Position numbers and translations under genes: made by a program. Below the pieces are notes generated by a model, which saw nothing but the letters and a program-made list of their open reading frames with translations, had not been told where the DNA came from and ran no database searches. Source: Gemmatimonadota bacterium (GTDB lineage Bacteria > Gemmatimonadota > Gemmatimonadetes > Palauibacterales > Palauibacteraceae). From it: a stretch of 64,000 nucleotides of DNA. The stretch is from positions 5,875 to 69,874 of the forward strand of contig JBDHGL010000017.1 in NCBI GenBank assembly GCA_039589875.1. Direction: 5' to 3'. Below, piece after piece: positions 40,645 through 50,653 of the stretch (positions are counted from its first letter, which is position 1; each line of letters starts with the position of its first letter).

Positions 40645-41983
40645 ATGGTCGCGACCACGGACGGCCGCATGGCCCGGTTTCTGAGCGCACTCGGCGTCAC
40701 TCTCCTGCTGGGCGTCGCGGTCGGCTGGTCCCTGACGACGCAGGGATCCTCCCGCCTGACCGGCGACGACGGCGTCTCGAGCGACGCGCGGCTGAACAAC
40801 TCTGCCCTGGCGACGTCACTGATCGTCGGCGACCCGCCTCCGGCCGGGAACCATGAGCTCGGGGCGGTCGGCCTGCAGAGCGCACAGGACACGACGCGGG
40901 AAGGAAGCCGCGTCACGCCAACCGTTCAGGCCGTCCGCCGGGTGCTTCCCTCGGTGGTCAGCGTCAGCGTCTTTCGGCGAGAGAGGCGGGGAGCGCGAAA
41001 CCTCCTCGAGCTGTTCGGTCCTTCGCGCGATCGCGTGGTCTCGGGCCTGGGCTCGGGCTTCGCGATCGACAACCAGGGCACGATCCTGACGAACGATCAC
41101 GTCGTGCAGAGCGCCGACTCGGTGATCGTGGTCGATGCGGACGGCCGGACGTTTCAGGCCGCAGTCATCGGTCGGGACGAGCTGACTGACCTGGCCGTTC
41201 TTCGAATCCCTCCGGGACGCATCCCCGCCGCACCGCTCGGCCGTTCCAGCGACCTGATGGTGGGCGAGCCGGCAATCGCGATCGGCAACCCGTATGGATC
41301 CTTCCTCGCCAACTCCGAGGCGACGGTCACGCGCGGCGTGATCTCCGGTGTCGACCGTGATATCCGAGCAACGGGCCAGCGGGATGTGCTGTACGCCGAC
41401 ATGGTTCAGACGGATGCGTCGATCAACCCGGGCAACTCGGGCGGTCCCCTGGTCAATATTCAGGGTGAGGTGATCGGTGTAAACTCCTCTATTTTCTCGA
41501 GTTCCGGAGGATCACAAGGACTCGCCTTCGCGATCCCAATCGACCGGGCCGTCCGGGTCGCACGCGAGCTTCGTGACTTCGGCCGCATCCGCCGCCCGTG
41601 GGTGGGGGCAGATATCGCCACGATCTCCTCCGACACCTTCGTTGCGGTGGCGAGCGTCCGCCGCGTGGCACCCGCCTCGCCGGCGTCACGGGCCGGACTG
41701 GAGGAGAGCGACGTCATCGCTGGTGACCCTCACGGCCGGCATCGCGATCGAGCGAGACCTGGCGGTCGAGAGCGGGGCGCTCATCGTGCAGGTGGAAGGC
41801 GCCCTCGCCCGCCGGACGGGCATTCGGGAGAACGACGTGATCGTGGCGATCAACCGCCGCGAGGTGCGCTCGGCCGAGGAAGCTCGGGATTATCTCGGGG
41901 CCGCGGCCCAGGCCGGCTGGGTCGAGCTCGTTATCAGCCGGAGGGGAGCGACGCTGGTCACCTCCTTCCCGATTCGTCGCTAG
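40645..41983 (+). CDS. htrA: HtrA/DegP-family serine protease with an apparent +1 frameshift in the PDZ region (~41716-41740)
   Basis: Signal/TM N-terminus, trypsin fold with H/D/S triad (TNDHVV, DLAVL, GNSGGPL); PDZ continues in the +1 frame (track ORF 41573..41983) while the original frame runs into Arg-rich nonsense to 42030. Confidence 0.75.
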
Positions 41984-41993
41984 GGCAACGTCG

Positions 41994-43427
41994 ATGCCGG
42001 CCGATCGCGCTCGCTACCCACACCCCCTGATCGACCGGTACGCATCGGCCGAGATGGCCGATCTTTTCTCGCCGACCCGAAAGGCGCTTCTCTGGCGGGA
42101 CCTCTGGATCGCTCTCGCCGAGATCGAGCGCGACCTGGGGGTCGACATCCCCGCCTCGGCGATCGCCGAGATGAAAGAGGCGCGAGACGCGCTGGATCTC
42201 GACCGCGTCGCCGAGCTGGAGGCCGAGCTCCGGCACGATGTGATGGCGCACGTGCATCATTTCGGCGAGGTGGCCCCGGCAGCGCGAGGCTACATCCACC
42301 TCGGCGCGACGAGCGCTTTCGTAGGCGACAACGCCTCGCTCGTTCAGCAGCGGGATGGCCTCACGCTTCTTAGGGAGCGGCTGCTCGGCGTCGTGGCTGC
42401 TCTGACCGCCTTCGCCACCGAGTACCGCACGGTTCCGACGCTCGGTTACACGCATCTCCAGGCGGCCCAGCCGACGACGGTCGGCAAGCGCGCCTGCCTG
42501 TGGCTGCAGGATTACCTGTTCGATTTGGAGGAGATCGACGCCGCCCTTGCCTCCCTGCGGCTGCGTGGGGCACGTGGCACGACGGGCACGGAGGCCACCT
42601 TCCTCGAGCTATTGGGCAGCAGCGACCGGGTCGAAGAGCTGAATCGGCAGTTGGCGGAGCGATTCGGCTTCAAGGGCACTTACGGCGTCGTTGGACAGGT
42701 CTACCCGAGAAAAGTGGATCATCGCCTCCTCTCGGTTCTGGCCGGAATCGGAGCCAGCTCATCCCGCTTCGGCCATGACATCCGCCTGCTGCAGGGTCTG
42801 GGAGAGATCGAGGAACCGTTCGGTGACCGGCAGATCGGTTCATCCGCGATGCCCTACAAACGGAACCCGATGCGCTCGGAGCGGATGTGCGCGCTATCGC
42901 GTCACCTGCACGCCCTGCAGCTCGAGTCCGGCTGGACGGCCGCCGTCCAGTGGCTGGAGCGCTCGCTGGACGACTCGGCATCCCGGCGCATCGTGATCCC
43001 CGAGGCGTTTCTCACGGCCGACGCCGTCTTGCTGATCGGCCACAACGTGGCGGGGGGATTGGTGGTGCACCGGGGGACCATCGAACGCCGTCTCCGCCGC
43101 GAGCTTCCGTTTCTGCTCGCCGAGACTCTGCTCATCGCTGGCGTGCGCGGTGGCGGCGATCGGCAGGAGCTGCACGAGCGAATCCGGCAACACGCCATGA
43201 CAGCCCGCGAGCGACTCGAGGCGGGGCAGACCGAGAGCGACTTCCTGGAGCGCGTGGCCAGCGACGAAGCAATCCCGCTCGATCAGGAAGAACTTCGCGA
43301 GCTGGCCGACCCCATCCGGCTCACCGGCCGGGCGGCGGAGCAGGTCGAGGGTTTCCTCGCCGAACGGGTCGAGCCCGTGTTGGCGGGCGCCGAGGCGCCG
43401 CATCAGCCTGCCAGCCTCCGCGTATGA
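41994..43427 (+). CDS. purB: adenylosuccinate lyase
   Basis: 477 aa fumarase/ASL superfamily (GSSAMPYKRNP signature). Confidence 0.95.
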   Translation: MPADRARYPHPLIDRYASAEMADLFSPTRKALLWRDLWIALAEIERDLGVDIPASAIAEMKEARDALDLDRVAELEAELRHDVMAHVHHFGEVAPAARGYIHLGATSAFVGDNASLVQQRDGLTLLRERLLGVVAALTAFATEYRTVPTLGYTHLQAAQPTTVGKRACLWLQDYLFDLEEIDAALASLRLRGARGTTGTEATFLELLGSSDRVEELNRQLAERFGFKGTYGVVGQVYPRKVDHRLLSVLAGIGASSSRFGHDIRLLQGLGEIEEPFGDRQIGSSAMPYKRNPMRSERMCALSRHLHALQLESGWTAAVQWLERSLDDSASRRIVIPEAFLTADAVLLIGHNVAGGLVVHRGTIERRLRRELPFLLAETLLIAGVRGGGDRQELHERIRQHAMTARERLEAGQTESDFLERVASDEAIPLDQEELRELADPIRLTGRAAEQVEGFLAERVEPVLAGAEAPHQPASLRV

Positions 43428-44320
43428 CCACACCGCCGCCCTTCCCGCTTCTGCGCCGCGGCAAGGTCCGAGAGGTGTACGATCTGGGCGAGCAGCTTCT
43501 GCTGGTGGCCTCCGACCGGATCAGCGCTTTCGATTTCGTGCTCCCGCAGGCGATCCCGCGGAAGGGCGAGGTGCTGACCCAGCTGTCGCGGTTCTGGTTC
43601 GAGCGGACGGGGCACCTGGTGCAGAACCACTACCTGGCGGGCGATCCGCAGCGGATGATCGCGCTGCGCCCAGAGCTGGCGGAGTCGCAGGACGTGTGGG
43701 CCGGCCGCGGACTTCTTGTCCACAAGGCCACGCCCTTTCCCGTGGAGTGTATAGTCAGAGGGTATCTGGCCGGGTCGGCCTGGAAAGAATATAGGGAGAG
43801 CGGGAGCCTGGCCGGCGAGAAGCTCGAGGAGGGGCTCCGAGAGAGCGACCGCCTGCCGGGGGTGCTGTTCTCGCCATCGACGAAAGCCGTGGAAGGGCAT
43901 GACGAGAACATCACGTTCGACGAGCTGAAGCGCCGGCTCGGCCAGAAGACCAGCCTGCTGCTACGTGAGCTCAGCCTCGCCCTGTACCGTTTCGGCCGAG
44001 ATCTGGCGGCCCGGCGGGGCATCATCGTGGCCGACACGAAGTTCGAGTTCGGAGTTTCCGACACCGGCGAGGTCCTCCTGATCGACGAGGTTCTCACTCC
44101 CGACTCGTCCCGGTTCTGGCCGGCGGATCGATACGAGCCCGGGCGCGGCCAGGAGTCGTTGGACAAGCAGCCGGTACGTGATTATCTGGAATCATTAAGA
44201 GAGGCCGGAGAGTGGGACGGAGAGGCCCCTCCCCCTGAGCTGTCGGGCGAGATCGTGTCGGCGACGACGGAGCGTTACATGGATGTGTACCGTAGGCTCA
44301 CCGGCCAGGAGCTTTCATGA
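43424..44320 (+). CDS. purC: phosphoribosylaminoimidazole-succinocarboxamide (SAICAR) synthase
   Basis: ATG overlaps purB stop (ATGA); MTTPPPFPLLRRGKVREVYD.. SAICAR synthetase fold. Confidence 0.9.
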   Translation: MTTPPPFPLLRRGKVREVYDLGEQLLLVASDRISAFDFVLPQAIPRKGEVLTQLSRFWFERTGHLVQNHYLAGDPQRMIALRPELAESQDVWAGRGLLVHKATPFPVECIVRGYLAGSAWKEYRESGSLAGEKLEEGLRESDRLPGVLFSPSTKAVEGHDENITFDELKRRLGQKTSLLLRELSLALYRFGRDLAARRGIIVADTKFEFGVSDTGEVLLIDEVLTPDSSRFWPADRYEPGRGQESLDKQPVRDYLESLREAGEWDGEAPPPELSGEIVSATTERYMDVYRRLTGQELS

Positions 44321-44574
44321 ATTACCAGATCGAGATCCGCGTAACCCCGAGGGAGGGGATTGTCGATCCGGAGGGTCACACGATCGGACAGGCGCTCGCG
44401 AACCTCGGCTACGAGGGCGTGCAGGACGTGCAGGCCGGCCGACTCGTGCGGTTCGATCTGGAGGCTCCGGATCGGGAGGGTGCGCATCAGAGCGTCGTTC
44501 GGATGTGCGAGGAGCTCATCGCCAACCCGGTGATCGAGCGCTACGCGATCGAAATCCAGCAAACGGAAGCGTGA
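44317..44574 (+). CDS. purS: FGAM synthase PurS subunit
   Basis: 85 aa; ATGA overlap with purC. Confidence 0.9.
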   Translation: MNYQIEIRVTPREGIVDPEGHTIGQALANLGYEGVQDVQAGRLVRFDLEAPDREGAHQSVVRMCEELIANPVIERYAIEIQQTEA

Positions 44575-44578
44575 CCCG

Positions 44579-45277
44579 GTGAAGGTCGGCGTCGTTCGTT
44601 TCCCCGGATCCAACTGCGACCAGGACTGCTTCCGGGCGGTCGAGGACGGCATCGGTGCCGAGGCGACCTATCTCTGGCACAAGTCGCACGACCTGCAGGC
44701 GTCGGACGCGATCATTCTCCCCGGCGGCTTCTCGTACGGCGACCACCTGCGAGCCGGCGCGATCGCCCGCTTCAGTCCGATCATGCGGGAGGTGATCGGC
44801 TTCGCCCGGGACGGCGGTCCGGTGCTCGGGATCTGCAACGGCTTTCAGATTCTCTGTGAGGCCGGCCTGCTGCCCGGAGCCCTCATGCGGAACCGCTCCC
44901 TGCGTTTCCGCTCCCACCAGGTGCACCTCCGGGTCGAGCGGACCGACACTCCGTTCACCTGCGCGTACGATGAGGGAGCAGTGCTGGCCATGCCGATCGC
45001 CCACGGAGAGGGGCAGTACGTGGCCGACGGCCCGACGGTGGCAGAGCTGGAAGAGGGAGGCCGCGTGGTATTTCGCTACGTGACTGCACACGGCGAGACA
45101 ACGGAAGAGGCGAACCCGAACGGATCGATACGGAACATTGCCGGAGTGTGTGACGCGGGAAGGAGTGTCGTGGGCCTGATGCCGCATCCCGAACGCGTTG
45201 CGCTGCCCCTCCTCGGATCGGATGGCCTCGGCGTATTCCGGTCGCTGCTGGAGAGCGCGGGAGCGAGCGTGGCTTGA
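44579..45277 (+). CDS. purQ: FGAM synthase glutaminase subunit PurQ
   Basis: Class I amidotransferase Cys/His (GICNGFQ.., HPE); GTG start. Confidence 0.9.
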   Translation: MKVGVVRFPGSNCDQDCFRAVEDGIGAEATYLWHKSHDLQASDAIILPGGFSYGDHLRAGAIARFSPIMREVIGFARDGGPVLGICNGFQILCEAGLLPGALMRNRSLRFRSHQVHLRVERTDTPFTCAYDEGAVLAMPIAHGEGQYVADGPTVAELEEGGRVVFRYVTAHGETTEEANPNGSIRNIAGVCDAGRSVVGLMPHPERVALPLLGSDGLGVFRSLLESAGASVA

Positions 45278-47544
45278 GCGCTCCAGCCACCGAAACGATC
45301 ATCGAGATCACGCCGTCCCTGGTCGAAGACCACGGACTCCTGCCCGAGGAGTACGAGCAGATCGTCGAGATCCTCGGGCGCGAGCCCACCTTCTCCGAGC
45401 TGGGGGTGTTCAGCGCCATGTGGTCGGAGCATTGCGGCTACAAGAACTCGCGGCCGCTTCTGCGCACCCTTCCGACAGAGGGGCCGCAGGTCGTCCAGGG
45501 GCCGGGCGAGAACGCCGGCGTGATCGACGCCGGCGAGGGCTGGGGAGTCGCCTTCAAGATCGAGTCCCACAACCACCCCTCGGCGGTGGAGCCATACCAG
45601 GGCGCGGCCACGGGCGCCGGAGGCATCCTTCGGGACGTCTTCACGATGGGCGCCCGCCCGATCGCCCTCTTCGACAGCCTCCACTTCGGATCCCTGGATT
45701 CACCGAGAGCGCGATACCTTCTGGACGGCGTCGTCCGCGGCGTGGGCGACTACGGAAACTGCGTGGGCGTCCCGACGGTGGGCGGCGAAGCGGTGTTCGA
45801 CGCCGCCTACGAGCGCAACCCGATCATCAACGTGATGTGCGTCGGCCTGCTCCGGCTCGAGGATCTCGTTCGGGGACTAGCGGAAGGCGTGGGCAACGCG
45901 GTGATGGCCGTCGGAGCCCGGACGGGCCGCGATGGGATCCACGGAGCCACCTTCGCCTCGGAGGAGCTGGATGAGGGATCGGACAGCCGGCCGCAGGTTC
46001 AGGTCGGCGATCCGTTCACCGAGAAGCTGCTGCTCGAGGCCAGCCTGGAGCTCATCGAGAAGGATCTGCTGATCGGAATCCAGGACATGGGCGCCGCGGG
46101 CCTGACCTCGAGCGGCTCGGAGATGGCGGCGCGAAGCGGCTCCGGCATCGACATCGATGTCGCACTCGTGCCGACGCGCGAGCCTGGAATGACGCCGTAC
46201 GAGATCCTTCTCTCCGAGTCGCAGGAGCGCATGCTGCTCGTGGCGAAGCCGGGCCTCGAGAGCGAGGTCGAGGACGTTTTGGCCAAGTGGGATCTCGAAG
46301 CAGCAGTGATCGGTCGCGTGACCGACGACCAGGTCTTCCGGGTGCGCGATGGCGGAGAGGTAGTGGTGGAGATCCCCGTGATCCCTCTGGTCGAGGGCTG
46401 TCCGACCTACACCCGTGAAGGGGTGGACGACCCCGAGATCCGCATGCGGCGTGAGGCCGATCTGTCTGCCTACTCGGAACTTCCGTCCGATGGCGAGGCC
46501 GCCGAAGCGCTGCTCGCGCTCCTCGATTCTCCATCGGTGGCATCCCGCCGATGGATCTACGAGCAATACGACACGACCGTGGGCACGAACACGATCGTAG
46601 GTCCCGGCTCCGACGCCGCCGTCCTGCGCCTGGCGGACACGGGGCGCGGAGTCGCTGCCTCGTTGGACGGTAACGGCCGCTATGTCTTCCTGGCGCCGCG
46701 ACGCGGCGCCCAGATCGCGGTGGCCGAGGCGGCGAGGAACGTGGCCTGCAGCGGCGGGCGCCCGGTTGCGATCACCAACTGCCTGAACTTCGGAAACCCA
46801 CTGAAACCGACCGTCTACCATCACTTTACGGAGGCGGTCGAGGGCGTCGGCGAGGCATGTCGGGTCCTCGGCACTCCTGTCACAGGCGGGAACGTCTCCT
46901 TCTATAACGAGACGCCGGACGGAGCCGTCTACCCGACTCCGGTCATCGGCATGCTGGGCCTGCTCGATGATTTGGATCAGGTCGTTCCTTCCCGCTTCCA
47001 GGAGCCGGGAAGCACTGTCCTGCTGATCGGAGAGACGCAGGACGAGCTGGGCGCGAGCGAGTATCTAGCGGTGTGCCATGGGCTCGTCGCCGGACAGCCG
47101 CCCGCGATCGACCTTGATGAGGCGAAGCGGCTCGTGGATTTCCTGGTTAGCGCCGCCTCGCGACGGCTACTTCTCTCGGCGCATGACTGCTCCGATGGCG
47201 GCCTGGCCGTGGCGCTGGCCGAGTGCGTTATTCGGGAGCACCTCCCCGCGCTGGGGGTCGAAGCCGCGCTGGCCTCCGAGATCCCGGCGGCCGCGGCGCT
47301 GTTCGGCGAATCACAGTCGCGCGTCGTACTCAGCTGCGCGGCGGCCGCGGTCGACGACATCCTGGAGCTCGCAAGCCGACACGGTCTACGGGCGGCGGCG
47401 ATCGGAACCGTTGGAGAGCCGGGCGGCACGTTCCGGCTGAGCGCCGGCAGCCGGACGATCGAGGTCGACGCAACCCACCTCGCCGAGGTGTACGAGTCCG
47501 CGCTCCCCCGACGGATGGAGAAGGAAGCCGGCCTGACGACATGA
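45274..47544 (+). CDS. purL: FGAM synthase PurL (small form)
   Basis: 756 aa; TTG start overlapping purQ stop (TTGA); AIR-synthase-related duplicated domains. Confidence 0.95.
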   Translation: MSAPATETIIEITPSLVEDHGLLPEEYEQIVEILGREPTFSELGVFSAMWSEHCGYKNSRPLLRTLPTEGPQVVQGPGENAGVIDAGEGWGVAFKIESHNHPSAVEPYQGAATGAGGILRDVFTMGARPIALFDSLHFGSLDSPRARYLLDGVVRGVGDYGNCVGVPTVGGEAVFDAAYERNPIINVMCVGLLRLEDLVRGLAEGVGNAVMAVGARTGRDGIHGATFASEELDEGSDSRPQVQVGDPFTEKLLLEASLELIEKDLLIGIQDMGAAGLTSSGSEMAARSGSGIDIDVALVPTREPGMTPYEILLSESQERMLLVAKPGLESEVEDVLAKWDLEAAVIGRVTDDQVFRVRDGGEVVVEIPVIPLVEGCPTYTREGVDDPEIRMRREADLSAYSELPSDGEAAEALLALLDSPSVASRRWIYEQYDTTVGTNTIVGPGSDAAVLRLADTGRGVAASLDGNGRYVFLAPRRGAQIAVAEAARNVACSGGRPVAITNCLNFGNPLKPTVYHHFTEAVEGVGEACRVLGTPVTGGNVSFYNETPDGAVYPTPVIGMLGLLDDLDQVVPSRFQEPGSTVLLIGETQDELGASEYLAVCHGLVAGQPPAIDLDEAKRLVDFLVSAASRRLLLSAHDCSDGGLAVALAECVIREHLPALGVEAALASEIPAAAALFGESQSRVVLSCAAAAVDDILELASRHGLRAAAIGTVGEPGGTFRLSAGSRTIEVDATHLAEVYESALPRRMEKEAGLTT

Positions 47545-47554
47545 TCGAGTCCGA

Positions 47555-48976
47555 ATGAGGCACCTCGAGAGCCCCGGCCCCGACCGGCCGCGCGAAGAAT
47601 GCGGCATCTTTGCCATCAGCGGATCGCCGGCCGCCGCGGAGCTCGCCTTCATGGGCCTCTACGCGCTCCAGCACCGGGGTCAGGAGTCCGCCGGGATCGT
47701 GTCGATCGACGACCTCGGGATCGCGAGGAGCCACCGGGGCATGGGGCTGGTGGCGGATGTGTTCGACGAAGACAACCTGCACCGGTTGGTCGGGACGACG
47801 GCGATCGGGCACGTTCGCTACTCGACCTCGGGCGGCTCTGAGCTGCGGAACGCACAACCGGTGCTCGTCGAGTACCGGCACGGCTCGATGGCCCTCGCGC
47901 ACAACGGCAACATCACGAACGGCCGAGAGCTCCGGCAAAGACTCTCGGAAGAGGGTGCGATCTTCCAGACGGACTCCGACTCGGAGGTCGTCATCCACCT
48001 GATCGCCCGGTCGCGGCGAGAGGACGAGTGCCAGCAGGTCGACGATGCGCTGTCGCAGCTGGTCGGCGCCTTCTCGCTGGTCCTCAGCGTGGGCAAGAGC
48101 GTGTATGCGGCGCGCGATCCCCGCGGATACCGGCCTCTCGTGCTCGGACGCCTCGGCGAGGCCAGCATCGTCTGCTCCGAGACCTGCGCGCTGGACCTGA
48201 TCGGTGCCGAGTACATCCGCGACGTGGAGCCGGGCGAGGTGCTGCGCATCCGGGACGGCCGCATCGAGAACCTCCGTCCGCTCCCGCCGGAATCGCCAGC
48301 ACCCTGCCTGTTCGAGCTCGTCTACTTCGCGCGCCCCGACTCGCAGGTTTGGGGCTGTTCGGTCGACGGTGCGCGGCGGGCCTTCGGCCGGCGGCTGGCG
48401 GTCGAACACCCGGTCGAGGCCGACTGCGTGTTCTCGGTCCCCGATTCGTCCAACTCGGCTGCCCTCGGATACGCTGAGGAATCCGGGATCCCGTTCGAGC
48501 TCGCCCTGATCAGGAACCACTACGTCGGGCGGACGTTCATCTACCCGACGCAGACCGGACGCGACTTCAGGGTCCGGGTCAAATACAATCCGGTCACCGA
48601 GCTGATCTCCGGAAAGCGAACGGTCATCGTGGACGACTCGTTGGTCCGGGGTACGACGAGTAAAGGCCTCGTCGCCCTGCTCCGCGAAGCCGGGGCACGC
48701 GAGATCCACTTCCGCATCGCCTCGCCACCGATCCGCTTCCCCTGCTATTACGGAGTCGACATGCCCACCCGCACGGAGCTCCTCGGCGCCGAGCACTCCG
48801 TCGATGAGATCCGGAAGCATCTCGGCGTCGACTCGCTCGGCTATCTCTCGATGGATGGCATGCAGGCGGCGGTCGAAGAGTTCGGGCCGTTTTGCAACGC
48901 CTGTTGGACGGGAGAGTACGCCGCGCCGTTGATCGACCTGGAGGCCGGTCACGATCTGGCGGGCGTCACGGAGTGA
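47555..48976 (+). CDS. purF: amidophosphoribosyltransferase
   Basis: Propeptide then catalytic Cys (EECGIFAI), PRT motif (VDDSLVRGTT), 4Fe-4S cysteines in C-terminus. Confidence 0.95.
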   Translation: MRHLESPGPDRPREECGIFAISGSPAAAELAFMGLYALQHRGQESAGIVSIDDLGIARSHRGMGLVADVFDEDNLHRLVGTTAIGHVRYSTSGGSELRNAQPVLVEYRHGSMALAHNGNITNGRELRQRLSEEGAIFQTDSDSEVVIHLIARSRREDECQQVDDALSQLVGAFSLVLSVGKSVYAARDPRGYRPLVLGRLGEASIVCSETCALDLIGAEYIRDVEPGEVLRIRDGRIENLRPLPPESPAPCLFELVYFARPDSQVWGCSVDGARRAFGRRLAVEHPVEADCVFSVPDSSNSAALGYAEESGIPFELALIRNHYVGRTFIYPTQTGRDFRVRVKYNPVTELISGKRTVIVDDSLVRGTTSKGLVALLREAGAREIHFRIASPPIRFPCYYGVDMPTRTELLGAEHSVDEIRKHLGVDSLGYLSMDGMQAAVEEFGPFCNACWTGEYAAPLIDLEAGHDLAGVTE

Positions 48977-50619
48977 GCCGAAAGCCCCGTACGCTTCGCG
49001 CCGCTGCGGTCGCGTTGCTCGTCCTCCCGCTCCTCGCGGCCATCGTCTACCGCTTCGCCCCGGCAACCCTCCCTGCGGCCCTCTCGGGCGCGGTCGACCT
49101 TCCCGCGGACTCGGCCTGCGCCGTGATCCTGTCGACCAACGACGAGCATGGCGGGCTGCTCCCATCCAGGTACCCGTGGGCGGGCGATACGCCGGTCGGA
49201 GGCGCCGAGGCGCTCGCCGGCTACGTGCGCACGGTCCGGGAAACTTCCGACTGTCCCGTCTTCCTGGTCAGCGGCGGGGACATGATGCAGGGCACCCTCA
49301 TCTCGAACCTCTCAGCAGGACGTGCCACGATCGAAGTGATGAACGAGATCGGCTACGACGCCGCCGCGATCGGAAACCATGAGTTCGACTGGGGCATCGG
49401 GACCCTCGAAGAGCGACTCGAGCAGTCCCGCTTCCCGGTCCTCGGCGCGAACATCTTCGTGGAGGGAACCAACCGCCATCCGAAGTGGGTGCAGCCGTAC
49501 GCCATTCTGGAGAAGCAGGGCGTCAGGCTCGGCGTGATCGGCGCGGCCACCCGTTCCACCCCGTCTACCACCCACCCCGACAGCGTCGCGGGGCTCGAGT
49601 TCCGCTCCATCGCCGAGGCGCTCGACCGATACATCCCCGAGGTTCGCGCGAAGGGGGCCGACTTCGTCGTCGCCGTGATGCATGCCGGCGGCTTTTGCGA
49701 CCGCCCGTCAGAGGAGCCGGGATCAGGGGCAGCGGCGACACGCTGCGCCGGCGAGGCCATCGACGAGCTGTCGGCGACCAAGGAGGTTTTCGATTACGCC
49801 GCGACCGGACACACGCACAGCCGGGTGGACGACCGGATCCACGGGGCGCCGGTCGTCCAGTCGTACGCGAACCTGGGCGCGATCGGCATCGGCCGCCTGG
49901 TGCGCTACGCCTCCGGCGAGGTGGTCGGTGAGCTGGAGGGCATCTATCCGCTCTTTCCGGACTCGACACCCGCCAGCCCGGCAATCGCCCGTCTCGTGCG
50001 GCACTACGAGGAGGAGGCGACCGCGACCGCCGAGGCCGAGGTTATGACGTTGGCCGAAGCGCTGCCGAAGACGCGGCGGGGCGGCTACGGCCTCGGCCGG
50101 CTCATCGCCGACGCCCAGCGGGAGGCCGCCGACGCAGACGTGGCGATGATGAACAACGGAGGGATCCGAACCCCTCTGCCGGCCGGCCTGATCAGCTACA
50201 GCGACATCTTCCGCGTGCAGCCGTTTCAGACCACGCTCATCCGCCTCCAGCTCAGCGGCTCTCAGCTCCTGTCTGCTTTGGAGCACTCGATCACCGACGC
50301 TGGCCCGCGGGATAATCTGAGTGGACTCACCGTCGAATACGATCCGGAAGCCGTGGCGGGAAACCGGATCCGCTGCGCCCGTCTCGCGGACGGAAGCATC
50401 CTCTCCGCTGAAGCCATCTATATCGTTGCTGTAAATAACTTTATGGCAGCTGGCGGCGATGGTTTCGAGGTCTTCAAGGAGGCCCGGATGGCCCAGCAAA
50501 CGGGCATCGTGGATCTGGATGCGCTCGTCTCCCACCTCCGGCAGCTACCGCAACCGGTCACCGCTCCGCAGGAGCCGCGATGGATCGCGATCCCGGGACT
50601 CTCGCGAGGCTGCTCGTGA
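48973..50619 (+). CDS. secreted bifunctional metallophosphatase/5'-nucleotidase (UshA-like)
   Basis: GTG start overlapping purF stop (GTGA) then signal peptide (LRAAAVALLVLPLLAAIV); calcineurin-like GDxxQG/GNHEF motifs; C-terminal 5'-nucleotidase domain. Confidence 0.8.
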   Translation: MSRKPRTLRAAAVALLVLPLLAAIVYRFAPATLPAALSGAVDLPADSACAVILSTNDEHGGLLPSRYPWAGDTPVGGAEALAGYVRTVRETSDCPVFLVSGGDMMQGTLISNLSAGRATIEVMNEIGYDAAAIGNHEFDWGIGTLEERLEQSRFPVLGANIFVEGTNRHPKWVQPYAILEKQGVRLGVIGAATRSTPSTTHPDSVAGLEFRSIAEALDRYIPEVRAKGADFVVAVMHAGGFCDRPSEEPGSGAAATRCAGEAIDELSATKEVFDYAATGHTHSRVDDRIHGAPVVQSYANLGAIGIGRLVRYASGEVVGELEGIYPLFPDSTPASPAIARLVRHYEEEATATAEAEVMTLAEALPKTRRGGYGLGRLIADAQREAADADVAMMNNGGIRTPLPAGLISYSDIFRVQPFQTTLIRLQLSGSQLLSALEHSITDAGPRDNLSGLTVEYDPEAVAGNRIRCARLADGSILSAEAIYIVAVNNFMAAGGDGFEVFKEARMAQQTGIVDLDALVSHLRQLPQPVTAPQEPRWIAIPGLSRGCS

Positions 50620-50653
50620 TCCCGCTCCATGCGGCGGCGCTCGGCCCAGGGAG

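Noticed and set aside
41573-41983. 136-aa ORF as an independent gene
   Set aside because: Its N-terminal 48 aa are nonsense; the C-terminal 85 aa are the PDZ domain of htrA displaced by a frameshift
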